DNA from: Octopus sinensis
Taxonomy: Eukaryota
Assembly: GCF_006345805.1 (NCBI RefSeq)
Contig: NW_021832913.1
Span: 1 to 29,534 of the forward strand
DNA length: 29,534 bases
Direction: 5' to 3'
The notes beneath the pieces were generated by a model that did no database searches, was not told the DNA's origin, and saw only the letters and a list, made by a program, of their open reading frames with translations. The position numbers and the translations under genes are program-made. Shown here piece after piece: positions 1 to 10,031 of the stretch (its first letter is position 1; the number at the start of each line of letters is the position of its first letter).

Positions 1-9
1 ATATATATA

Positions 10-2362
10 ACTTTCCAGGTGAAGAATGTACCCCACAACATAGACTGGTAGTTAGTGACTTTAGGATCAGGACTAAGAGGACGACCACAAGACGACCAAC
101 ATGGAGAAGAAGGATCTGGAAGCTTAAAGATCCTACAAATGGACAGAGATTTAGAGACATATTACTTGAAGCCTTTGACGAAATAGAAGGGGATATAGCT
201 ACACATGGGGCAGAAGACAACTGGAGGTCTCTAAGGGACAACCTGCTGAGAGCCACTGACCAGATCTGTGGTTGGTGCAAAGTCCCCTCAAGACCCAAAA
301 TAACGTGGTGGTGGAACAATATAGTTGACAGGGCTCTTAGACAAAAGAAACAGGCTTGGAAGCACTGGAAGAATGGTGGTAGCAGGGAATTGTATCAGAC
401 TGCAAGAAGGGAAGCTAGGAGGCAGGTGTATTTAGCCAGAGTGGAAGCAGATAAGAAAAAATTTAACAATGTTCTGAGCCATGAGGAAGAAAGACTTGAG
501 GTATTTCGTGTTGCAAGACAGAGTGTGAGAGAAAATCGTGATGTGGTAGGACAGAAATGTGTTCGCATGGATGATGGTTCACTTGCGCTAAATGAGGATG
601 CAAAGAGAGAGGTTTGGAGACACCACTATGAAAGGTTGCTGAATAAAGAAAATGAATGGGATAAAGAGAGTCTGTCGAATGTCGATCCAACAGAGGGACA
701 AGCTATCCGAGTTGACAGTTCCTTGGTAGTTAAGGCAATTAGAAGCATGAAGACAGGGAAAGCCCCAGGCCCATCAGGAATTACTGCAGAGATGATTAAA
801 ATATCTGGCAGTGTCGGCTATAGCCCAGTCACCCATATAGTTAACCAGGTGATACACGAAGGAGTCATTCCCAATGACTGGTGTAGCAGCATAATAGTCA
901 ACTGCTAAAAAGTTAAAGGTGACGCCCTATATACAAATAACAACAGGGGTATCAAGCTATTGGATCAGGTAATGAAGGTTACGGAGAGGGTCATAGCCCA
1001 ACTAATTAGAGAGAGAGTTAGTTTAGATGAGATGCAGTCTGGGCTCGTGCCAGGGAAAAGTACTGCTGATGCTATATTCCTGGTAAGACAGCTGCAGGAG
1101 AAATACCTAGCCAAAGATAAGCCCCTGTACCTGGCTTTTGTTGACATGGAGAAAGCCTTCAACATGGTACTCCGATCACTTATCTGGTGGTCAATGAGGA
1201 AACTAGGGATAGATGAATTGTTAGTGAGAGCTGTGCGAGCCATGTACAGGGACGCTGCTAGTAAGGTGAGGGTTGGCAACGAGTACAGTGAAGAATTCCG
1301 GGTAGAGGTTGGGGTCCACCAAGGCTCAGTCCTCAGCCCCCTCCTATTTATCATAGTCCTCCAGGCAATAATGGAGAAATTCAAGACAGGATGCCCCTGG
1401 GAGCTCCTCTATGCTGGTGACCTTGCTCTAATTACTGAGTCACTATCAGAACTGGAGGAGAAGTTTCAGGTGTGGAAGCAAGGATTAGAATCAAAGGGCC
1501 TTAGAGTCAACCTAGCTAAACCAAAGTCCTAATAAGTAGGAAGGTAGACAAATCACAAACGCCTTCAGGCAGATGGCCCTCCTCGATCTGTAGAAAAGGC
1601 GTAGGTAGAAACTCTATAAGATGTACCAAGTGTAAGCTATGGACACATAAGAGGTGCAGCAATGTCAAAGGAAGGCTAACTAGGAAAATAGTTTTGTATG
1701 TGGCAGATGCTCAAGTGCAATAAACACTGAAAATGTGCAGAGACCAACTTCCACCACATTCCAGGGAGAAAAACTAGAAATAGTTGATAGCTTCCATTAC
1801 CTAGGTTACCAAGTCAGTAGCGGGGGTGGGTGTGCTAAAAATGTAACTGCTAGAGTAAGAATAGCCTGGGCAAAGTTCAGAGAGCTTTTACCCCTGTTGG
1901 TGACAAAGGGCTTCTCGCTCAGAGAAAGGCAGACTGTACGATGCATGTGTACGAACAGCCATGCTACATGGTAGTGAAACATGGGCTGTGACTGCTGAGG
2001 ATATGCGCAAGCTCACAAGAAATGAAGCCAGTATGCTCCGATGGATGTGTAACGTCAGTGTTCATACTCAACAGAGTGTAAGTACCTTGAGAGAAAAGTT
2101 GGACCTAAGAAGCATCAGTTGTGGCGTGCAAGAGAGACGTTTGAGCTGGTATGGTCATGTGACGAGAATGGCTAAAGACAGTTGTGTGAAAATGTGCCAC
2201 AACCTAGCGGTTGAGGGAACCTGTGGAAGAGGTAGACCCAGGATAACCTGGGACGAGGTGGTGAAGCACGACCTTCGAACTTTATGTTTCACCTACGAAG
2301 AGACTAGAGACCGAGACCTATGGAAGTATGCTGTGCGTGAGAAGATCTGGCAGGACAAGTGA
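10..2362 (+). pseudogene. Disrupted RTE ORF (APE end, RT, embedded PHD finger, C-terminal domain)
   Basis: Premature TAA at 906-908, frameshifts near 1520, 1695 and 1925, and YADD changed to YAGD. ORF-track pieces 390-908, 960-1532, 1735-1974 and 1961-2362 are collinear. Confidence 0.92.
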
Positions 2363-2526
2363 GACCATAACCCATGGCCTCTATCTGGGATGTAGCCAGT
2401 CCACTTATGCATGCCTTTCCTTCTTGGGACACAAATCTCTACTTGTGAAGACCTGTTGAGGCAAGTGGAAATCAGAATCAAAATCGAAATCGATCAACAT
2501 CAATGGAAATTGTAGCTGTGATACCA

Positions 2527-2803
2527 GTGCCGGGGGCACGTAAGCGAACCATCCAAACGTGGCCATTGCCATCACTGCCCCGGCTGGTCTCTGTGCTGGT
2601 GGCACATAAAAAGCACCATCCGATCATGGCCGTTACCAGCCTGGCCTGGACCCTGTGCTGGTGGCACGTAAAAAGCACCATCGGATCGTGGCCATTGGCA
2701 TTCTCGCCTGGCCCCCGTGCCGGTGGCACATAAAAAGCACCATTCGACTGTGGCCATTTGCCAGCCCCGCCTGGCACCTGTGCTGGTGGCACGTAAAAAG
2801 CAC
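2527..2803 (+). repeat. ~62-bp tandem array in RTE 3' UTR (5 cores)
   Basis: Core GTGCYGGTGGCACRTAAAAAGCACC (first unit degenerate, last truncated); GGCAC at 2535, 2601, 2663, 2725 and 2788. Confidence 0.92.
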
Positions 2804-2937
2804 GGAGTGGTTGGCGTTAGGAAGGGCATCCAACCGTAGAAACATTGCCAGATCAGACTGGGCCTGGTGCAGCCTTCTGGCTTCCCAGACCCCAGTTGAA
2901 CTGTCCAACCCATGCTAGCATGGAAAGCGAACGCTAA

Positions 2938-2970
<33 letters not shown>
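2938..2970 (+). repeat. (ATG)11 microsatellite tail of RTE copy 1
   Basis: Read directly. The same tail ends RTE pieces at 4208-4224, 6538-6563 (degenerate) and 26877-26900 (minus strand). Confidence 0.95.
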
Positions 2971-2972
<2 letters not shown>

Positions 2973-3940
2973 ATATATGTCTTATGTGAATATGTACTCC
3001 TTTATTATTTTATTTGTATCTTCCCTTATACATGCACCCTTGTATGTATGTGTGTATCTATGTATGATTGTATATCCTTGTGGTATGTGCATACGTTTTT
3101 CTATAATTTGTAAATCAATAATTTTCTCCTTCATATATTTGTATTTGTGCTTATTCTTTTTTGATTGTCTCCCCTACCCAGGCTAGTTTTTGAGTAAGAG
3201 AACACTTCTGAGTACACTGGCCTGTCCTGTCTGAGATCATTGTTTCTCTTAGTTAAGTTTTTTTTGTTTTGTTTTTTTCTCTGCTTGTATGTACCATTTT
3301 ACTTAAATATTGTATCATTTTCAAACATAGTCTTGTCTCTCAGGTTTAAGCCTCTTGTAATATATATATATTTTTTTGTTTTCCATTATTAAATGTATAC
3401 ATATAATTCTCTATGGATTTTTTCTGCTAGTGAACCTGTTGCGTTATATTCTACTAGACACATGTGGGTTTGTTATATTATACTTTGTCTCAACCTGTTA
3501 TTATTTCTTTAAACATATCCATTAGATTTTTATTTTTATGTTATAGTTTACTGCACATATAGACTTGCATACACATTGATAAGTCTTTCTTTTTCTTCCC
3601 TCTCACTATTATTATTTTTCCCTTTTACAACTTGTTTGTAAATATCTGATTTTTCCCTATTACCCCATCTGTATTCTCTCTCATTGTACCTTATTTTATT
3701 TTATTTTACTTTATTTAAAAGTATGCATAAATTTAATTATAATTACTATGATTATAATTTTTTCTTACATATATTTTTGTTTCAAAATGTGCATATGTAT
3801 TGAATTCAATATTGTATTAAATCTAATATTGATTCAACATCATTTTTCTCCATTTTTTATACTTGTTTTTGGTATATTTATACCTATAATGAAATTTTTC
3901 AACTATATATATATGTATAAATATATTTATTTGATTACCT

Positions 3941-4002
3941 AAGTCTGAGGAGCTAGGTTCATATGACAAGCCTACAAAACTTTAGGTTGCTTGGAGTCAA
4001 AC
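3941..4002 (+). ncRNA. Degenerate type-I hammerhead ribozyme motif
   Basis: CTGAGGA at 3945-3951; stem II G(C)TAGG/CCTAC; AAAA in place of GAAA at 3976-3979; stem III CTTTAGG/CTTGGAG (7 pairs, three of them GU); GTC cleavage triplet at 3996-3998. Stem I is poor. Confidence 0.55.
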
Positions 4003-4097
4003 CAAACTGTTATTAAATACTAACATATGTATTGCTAGTCAAATGCATTGAGTGCCTCTTTCTTTCGTTTTCCAATCATTCAGTTCTCTTGGTATAA

Positions 4098-4224
4098 GGG
4101 TTGGTTAGCAAGGGCATCCAGTCATAAAACCCCTGCCAAAACAGTTAGTGAAACCTGTCGCAATCTTCTGCCAAGCCAGCCTGTCAAATATCCAACCCAG
4201 ATGTGAAATGATGATGATGATGAT
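4098..4224 (+). mobile_element. Isolated, diverged RTE-type 3' tail fragment
   Basis: GGTTGGTTAGCAAGGGCATCCAG...TCCAACCCA...(ATG)n resembles the copy-1 tail at 2808-2970. Confidence 0.75.
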
Positions 4225-6563
4225 TTGTGGTTGGAGCAAAGCTTTTGCCAGATCAAAGGTGATATGGTGGTGGAACAATCAGGTCGACAGGGCTATAAAA
4301 GAGAAGAAATGGGTTTGGAAAGTGTGGAAAAGGGATGGTAGCAAAGAATCATATTAGGTAGCTGAAAAGGAAGCAAGGTACCAGATTTATCTTGCTAAGG
4401 TAGAAGCAGACAGGAAGAGGTTTGCCAATATCTTACAGTATGAAGACCAGAGACTTGAGATTTTGCATATTGCTACACAGGTGCAGGAGTGGCTGTGTGG
4501 TAAGTAGCTTGCTTACCAACCACATGGTTCCGGGTTTATTGCCACTGTGTGGCACCTTGGGCAAGTATCTTCTACTATAGCATCAGGCTGACCAAAGTGT
4601 TGTGAGTGGATTTGGTAGACGGAAACTGAAAGAAACCTGTCGTATATGTGTATATATATATATATATATGTGTGTGTAAATATTTGTGTGTCTGTGTTTG
4701 CCCCCCCCCCCCAACATCGCTTGACAACCAATTGTGGCGTGTTTACATCCCTGTAACTTTGCAGTTCAGCAAAAGAGACCGAGAGAGTAAGTACTAGGCT
4801 TACAAAGAATACGTCCTGGGGTCGATTTGCTCGACTAAAGGCACTGCTCCATCATGGCCGCAGTCAAATGACTGAAACAAGTAAAATAGTAAAAGAGTGT
4901 GTCAGAGAGAATTGAGATGTTGTGTGAGATAAAATGTGTACAGATAGATAATGGCATGCTAGTATTTAGTGATTTGGAAAAGAAAAATGTGTGAAAGAGC
5001 TACTGTGAAGGGCTATTAAATGTAGCGGATGAATAGAAAAAGGGAGTCTCCCCATCATGTGAACCCAACAGAGGGGCCAACCATTCATATAGACAGCAGT
5101 ATGAAAAATAATGTAATTAAAGATATAGAGACTGGAAAAATCCTTGGTTCATCAGGAGTCACTGTTGAGATGCTTAAAATATCTATAAAGAAGGATACAG
5201 TCTGGACACTGTTTAGTTAATTAGGTTATTCAGGAAGGTATAATCCCCATGACTGGTATACCAGGATCATAATCAGCTAAAAACAGTAATGAAATGCATT
5301 TAACATAATTTATAGAGGCCTAATTACTTGACAAAGTGATAACAGTTATGGAGAGAATAATAACCCAATTAATTAGAAACAAATTAAGCTAGATGAAATG
5401 CAGTTTGGCACAGTAAGGGAAGAAGTCAGGCAAGTACAAGGGTAATATTAAGCTAAGAATAAGCTGTAGTACTTGGCATTAGTCGACCTGGAGAAAGCAT
5501 TCAGCAGGGCACCCTGCTCTGTAAAATGCTGGTATTTCAGGAAGCTAGAGATAGATAGATGGCTTGTGAAAAGCAGTACAGGTATTGTACAGGGTTACTC
5601 TAAATAATATTAGGGTTAGTCATGAGAACAGTGATAAACTTAGATAAATTTTAGGGTTAGGTGTACATCAAGTCCTCAGCCACCTCCTATTCAGAATTGT
5701 CCTCTAGGTCATAACAGAGGAATTTAAGCCTGGAAACCAATGAGAACTACTATATGTAAATTACCTTGCTCTCACAGCAGAATCTGTAACAAAACTAGAA
5801 AAAAGTTTCAGGTGTGGAAGCAAAGCCTGGAATCAAAGAGCCCTGAAGTTAACTTAGGAAAGACAAAAGCCTTAGTAAACAAGAAAACAAACAGGACCCT
5901 ACTCACTTCAGGTAAACGGTTTTTCTCAGAATGTAAGAATGGTGTAGGCAGAAATTTATTTCAGTGTATTCAGGGCAAGCAATGGATGCACAACAGGTGC
6001 AGTGGAACAGTAGGGAGGTTAACAGAGAAAGTAGTGTCTGTATGTGGAAAATGCATAGGAGTCATAAAATCTACAAGTATACAGGAAATGGATTTTCACA
6101 AATGCCTAAGAAGGTGCTCTAAAGGTACTGGGCAATATCTGCTAGCTAGGTGACCTAATTTTCAGTGGAGGAGGAAATGAAATTGTTAGAATAAGATGGA
6201 GAAAGTTCAGAGATCTTTTACTTCAAGTAGCAACCAAAAGTCTCTCTTTCTGAGAGAAAGGAAAGTTGTGTGATGCCTGTGCAGAAACAGGAATGCTACG
6301 TGATAGTCAGCCATGGTCCCTGAATGTAGAGGGCATGCAAAGACTAGAAAGGTATGAAGTTACTATGTTCAGTATGATGTGTAATGTTTGTCTGCAAGGG
6401 GCTCTTTCCCCTCACCATCTCCAACATCTCAACCTTATCAACCTACAGAAGTCAATGGAGCCTGGTACAGCTCATGGCCATGCCAGCTCCAGTCAAACCA
6501 TCTCACTCATACCGACATGGAAAATTGATGCTAAACGATGACAATGATGATGGTGATGATGAT
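4225..6563 (+). mobile_element. Old, heavily degraded RTE-clade copy 2, interrupted by a SINE, with an internal deletion before the tail
   Basis: ICGWSK...WWWNN, VNPTEGPTIHIDSS, GKILGSSGVTVEMLK, VDLEKAF, FQVWKQSLESK and a PHD remnant are collinear with copy 1. Many stops and frameshifts; degenerate (GAT)n tail at 6538-6563. Confidence 0.9.
4480..4897 (+). mobile_element. tRNA-derived SINE with internal microsatellite and CR1-like LINE tail, inserted in RTE copy 2
   Basis: A-box-like TGGCTGTGTGG at 4490 and a degenerate B-box near 4532; internal (TA)/(TG) and C12 tracts; tail GGCACTGCTCCATCATGGCCGCAGTCAAATGACTGAAACAAGTAAAA. RTE sequence resumes collinearly on both sides. Confidence 0.88.
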
Positions 6564-6657
6564 AATATATACTTGTGTGTATGTGCGTGTGTGCATATTC
6601 AAGAATAACATTTCTGATGACAATCAGAAATCCAACCAGTATACACACTAAAAAAGT

Positions 6658-7292
6658 TAATGCATTGAAAGAATGTTCATTTTAAGATACGAAGATGATG
6701 ATGATGACTTCTCAGCTTTTTAGAATAATTAATAATTTTGTTAATTTCATCAAACCAAGAATAATTTATGAATCACTTGCTAGCAACTAGGTCACTCTTC
6801 TGAAATCAAACATTTAATCTCAGTGATAAAACTGATTTCAAGTTTTGGCACAAGGCCATCAATTTCAAAGGAGTAAACTCAATTAAATCGACCCTAGTGT
6901 TCAATTGGTACTTATTTTGTCGATGCCAAAAGAATTAAAGGCAAAACTGATTCCAGCAGCATTTGAACTCAGAACTTAAAATCAAAAGAAATGCTGCAAA
7001 GAATTTTTCCTAGCACAGTAACAATCCTGCCAGCTCAGCCAGAATATTGCTATTTCAACAACACTGGAATAATATAACGAGGAAAATTATAAACATTAAA
7101 ATATTATTGGCAGCAATATATAAACAAGTTTGTTTTTGTAGCACTGAAATGTATTATAGTACAAGTAGAAAGATATATTTTTCAACATGTAAATACTGAT
7201 AGAACAACATATATAGGATAAAATACTTACAGAGAAGAAAAATTATCATCATCTTCATCATGTATTAAAATGAACATTCTTTCAATGTATTA
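6658..7292. repeat. 28-bp inverted repeat (arms 6658-6685 and 7265-7292, one mismatch), extended inward by (GAT)n/(ATC)n
   Basis: TAATGCATTGAAAGAATGTTCATTTTAA versus the reverse complement of TTAAAATGAACATTCTTTCAATGTATTA. Confidence 0.85.
6833..7040 (-). mobile_element. tRNA-derived SINE (family 2), diverged copy
   Basis: Minus-strand head GGCTGAGCTGGCAG with B-box GAGTTCAAATGC; central GCCTTTAATTCTTTTGGCATCGACAAAATAAGTACC; tail GGCCTTGTGCCAAAACTTGAAATC. Homologous to 8246-8461. Confidence 0.85.
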
Positions 7293-7433
7293 TTGGCAGT
7301 ATTAGTTTGTTACAACATTTTGTGAATTGACTGAAACTCAAAGTTAGTATTTATAGAAATATACTTTCTTCATGGTCATAATAGATTAATATTGACAGGA
7401 AAATACATACAAATGATTTATATTTGTACTTAC

Positions 7434-7706
7434 TGGATAATGGTTTTGCATAAAATCTTGTCTTCTCACCAGTGGTGCTTTCACAAACAATTGTTTGCTC
7501 AATATTTTGAAGAAGTGTGATGTTTATGATTCTGACATTGTTAGGAAGCACATTTGCTTCAAAGTTTTTACTTTTATTAGTTCCGTTAACGACGTTTCCA
7601 TCAATTTTCCAGAGTTTAAGCTTTTCCTTTCCAAAAGGACATTCAAAAGTGACTGATTGATTCGCCCTGGGAAATTTTGCACCACCCTCAATTATTCCAA
7701 GAGAAA
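7434..7706 (-). CDS. Internal coding exon of an unidentified host gene; divergent immunoglobulin-like extracellular domain
   Basis: Acceptor ttttcatttccttcAG (AG at 7708-7707) and donor A|GTAAGT (7433-7428); 273 nt, phase 1-1, open frame. Ig pattern SVTFEC..WKIDG..TIVCES and four N-glycosylation sequons (NQS, NGT, NKS, NIT). Confidence 0.85.
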
Positions 7707-8245
7707 CTGAAGGAAATGAAAATATAAAACACATACATATCATTTAATAGCTACCTTGTTATTCAAAGGAGTAATTTTTCTAATGCAAGAACAACAACTT
7801 GAAATAAATAAAAATTAAAAGGATTAATTGAAAAATTCCTTTTAAAGTATAATTTAAAATTAAATGTGAATAGATGTACGGAGAATATTTCAGAGAGAAT
7901 AAGAATCACACCCATGTATCATAGGTAATGCCTAAGGCATCAACTTTCTGTCAATGACTCAAATATTATAATGATATCATCTGCCCAAGAGAAATGTAAA
8001 AGAAACATGTCAATCAGAAGCACACACCTACTTTATGATGTGAAATCAGACATTGAAATGTGAAGAGATATTCGGTTCCTGAACTTTATTTAAATAACAC
8101 AGATGATTACCATTTTGTTTTATTTTCTGTGAAATCTGTATTTGTATTCACATTTAGTTTTAAAATTTAAAAGATTTTATTTAATATATTTAATTGGGCA
8201 AAAATTAACAGTGGCGAGAACAATGAAGAAGACAATGAAAATATT

Positions 8246-8461
8246 GATTTCAAATTTTGGTACAAGGCCAGGAATTTTGGGGGAGGGGATAAGTTGATCC
8301 CATTGACCTCAGTGCTCAACTAGTACTTATTTTATTGACCTGGAAAGGATGAAAGGCAAAGTCTCAACCTCAGTGGAATTTGAACTGAGAATGTAAAGCC
8401 AGACAAAATGCCACTAAACATCTTGCTCAGTGTGCTAATGAGTCTGCCAGTTCACCACCTT
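8246..8461 (-). mobile_element. tRNA-derived SINE (family 2)
   Basis: Minus-strand head GGTGGTGAACTGGCAGA, B-box CAGTTCAAATTCC, and central GCCTTTCATCCTTTCCAGGTCAATAAAATAAGTAC, which resembles a MetaSINE-type central domain (from recall). Same tail as 6833-7040. Confidence 0.85.
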
Positions 8462-8520
8462 AAAGACAAAGAGAATATTAAAAGGTAGGGAGTGGTATTA
8501 AAAAGTTCCCAGATTAGTTT

Positions 8521-9231
8521 TCTGTATATATATAAAAGGCATGATGTGTGTGTACGTGGATGTAATTTATGCATGTCCACATAGCATGTATGTCGCTCCA
8601 ATTTTAGGACATTCATCATGACCCTAGCTGTATTTTTGTCAACTTATTTTTTTCAGACGCACCAGCATAGTGGTATAAATAAATTTTCAACCAAAACTAT
8701 TAACAATTTTCAAGTCAGAGAAATTCACTATTGTTTACAACAGGAGTTAAGTCCCCTTCTAGCTATGAGTAAGTTTTTGTTAAGACTTTTGTTAAGTGTT
8801 TTGTTGATATGAGGGCAAACACACACACACACACACGAACATGTAAACGTACAAAAAACATGTATGCAATAGGTGTATGATCGTATGTGTGTGTGTGTTT
8901 GTGTATGTAATTTATGCATATCCACAAATTAGCATGCATGTCGCTCCAATTTTAGGAGGACATTCGTCATGATCCTAGCTGTATTTTCGTCAACTTATTT
9001 TCCCAGAGGCACCAGCAAATAGTGATAAAAATAAATTTTCAACCAAAAATTTTAGCAACTAAATCCACTATTGTTTACAACAAGAGTTAAGTCCCCTTCT
9101 AGCAACGAGTAAGTTTTTGTTAAGACTTTTCTTAAGTGTTTTGTTAATATACAGGCAATACATACACACACGAACATGTATGCATACAAAAAACATGTAT
9201 GCAATAGGTGTATGTACATAAGTGTGTGTAT

Positions 9232-9266
<35 letters not shown>

Positions 9267-10031
9267 CTTATGTATACTTAAGATTTAGTTGTGATCTGAA
9301 CGTAACCACTTCTGACACAGAGAATCGGGAGCCCCTTTGGGCATTCTATTTTCCTTGCTTGAAGGGTTCCCAACCCATGGGCAAAAGAAGGGGGTTAGAT
9401 GATGGGGGTGGTGTTTTTAAAGGGCTGGCATGTGCAGCCTGATCACCTCTGGCGATCAAACTCCCTATCCATGTACTCCCGTCGCAACACTGATTCTGCA
9501 GAACTGAGTTGGGTGTGAAAACCAGCTTTAACGTATAAATATAGATACTTTTGAATCAGCAATATTGCGTTCGGTTAAGTTCTACTTAGGGTGAAAAATC
9601 AATGAACTGATTCCTTATGGGGTTTTCCACTTAATCAGGATAAAAAAAAAAAATCGATAAACCAATTCCTTATAGGATTTCCCAATAAAATTGGCTACAC
9701 CCCTTTTTCAACCATAACTTTTACCAAATTTGATGTATTTTATTCAAACTTGATGCCAGCATTACTTAGGACTCATGGGATCTTTGAATGCTTTAAGTTC
9801 TCCAAAAACAAACAAAAAAAATCGATGAGTGGAAAAAAAAAAGCAAAACCGATTCCTTATGGGATTTCCCAATCAAGTTGTCTGCAACTCATTTTCAGCC
9901 AAAAGTTTACCAATTTCAACGGATTTCGCTCAGATATAACATCGATGTTACTTAGTTTGGTTTGAAATAAAGAACTTGATTAGCTTAATAATCCTAACTT
10001 AATCCCGGGCAAAGCTGGGCTACACTGCTAG
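8521..10031 (+). mobile_element. Non-autonomous Helitron
   Basis: Starts TC(TGTATATATATAAAA); 3' hairpin CCCGG-GCAAAG-CTGGG at 10004-10019; ends CTAG (10028-10031) followed by T; no TSD. The upstream base is T rather than the canonical A. Confidence 0.78.
8561..9225 (+). repeat. ~345-bp tandem duplication inside the Helitron
   Basis: TGTAATTTATGCATRTCCACA...GTCGCTCCAATTTTAGGA starts at both 8561 and 8906, and similarity continues through AAGTCCCCTTCTAGC and ATGCAATAGGTGTATG. Confidence 0.92.

Larger units (their letters stand above)
10..2970 (+). mobile_element. RTE-clade non-LTR retrotransposon copy 1, 5'-truncated within the endonuclease domain, complete 3' end
   Basis: Begins with the APE C-terminus (FPGEECTPQHRLVVSDFRIR), followed by TWWWNN, GKAPGPSGI, RT motifs (AFVDMEKAF, GVHQGSVLSPLLF, LLYAGD), C-terminal MLHGSETW / RRLSWYGHV / GRGRPRITW, a 3' UTR and an (ATG)n tail. 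Confidence 0.95.

Noticed and set aside
2527-2803. CRISPR-like repeat/spacer array next to a reverse transcriptase (also 27046-27630)
   Set aside because: The apparent spacers are homologous to each other, there are no cas genes, the context is eukaryotic, and the array lies within a LINE 3' UTR. It is a tandem repeat.
2405-2918. Overlapping ORFs on both strands across the array (also 26939-27674)
   Set aside because: By-products of a GC-rich stop-poor repeat; unit lengths of 60-63 nt do not preserve frame.
4480-4560. tRNA gene
   Set aside because: The A/B-box-like head continues into a SINE body and tail; I could not build a complete cloverleaf.
7351-7743. 130-aa single-exon gene as given in the ORF track
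   Set aside because: The termini are intronic read-through; splice signals delimit 7434-7706.
9293-9581. Possible MITE inside the Helitron, with weak inverted similarity between ~9294-9315 and ~9557-9577
   Set aside because: Only about 15/22 matches with a gap, and no clear TSD.
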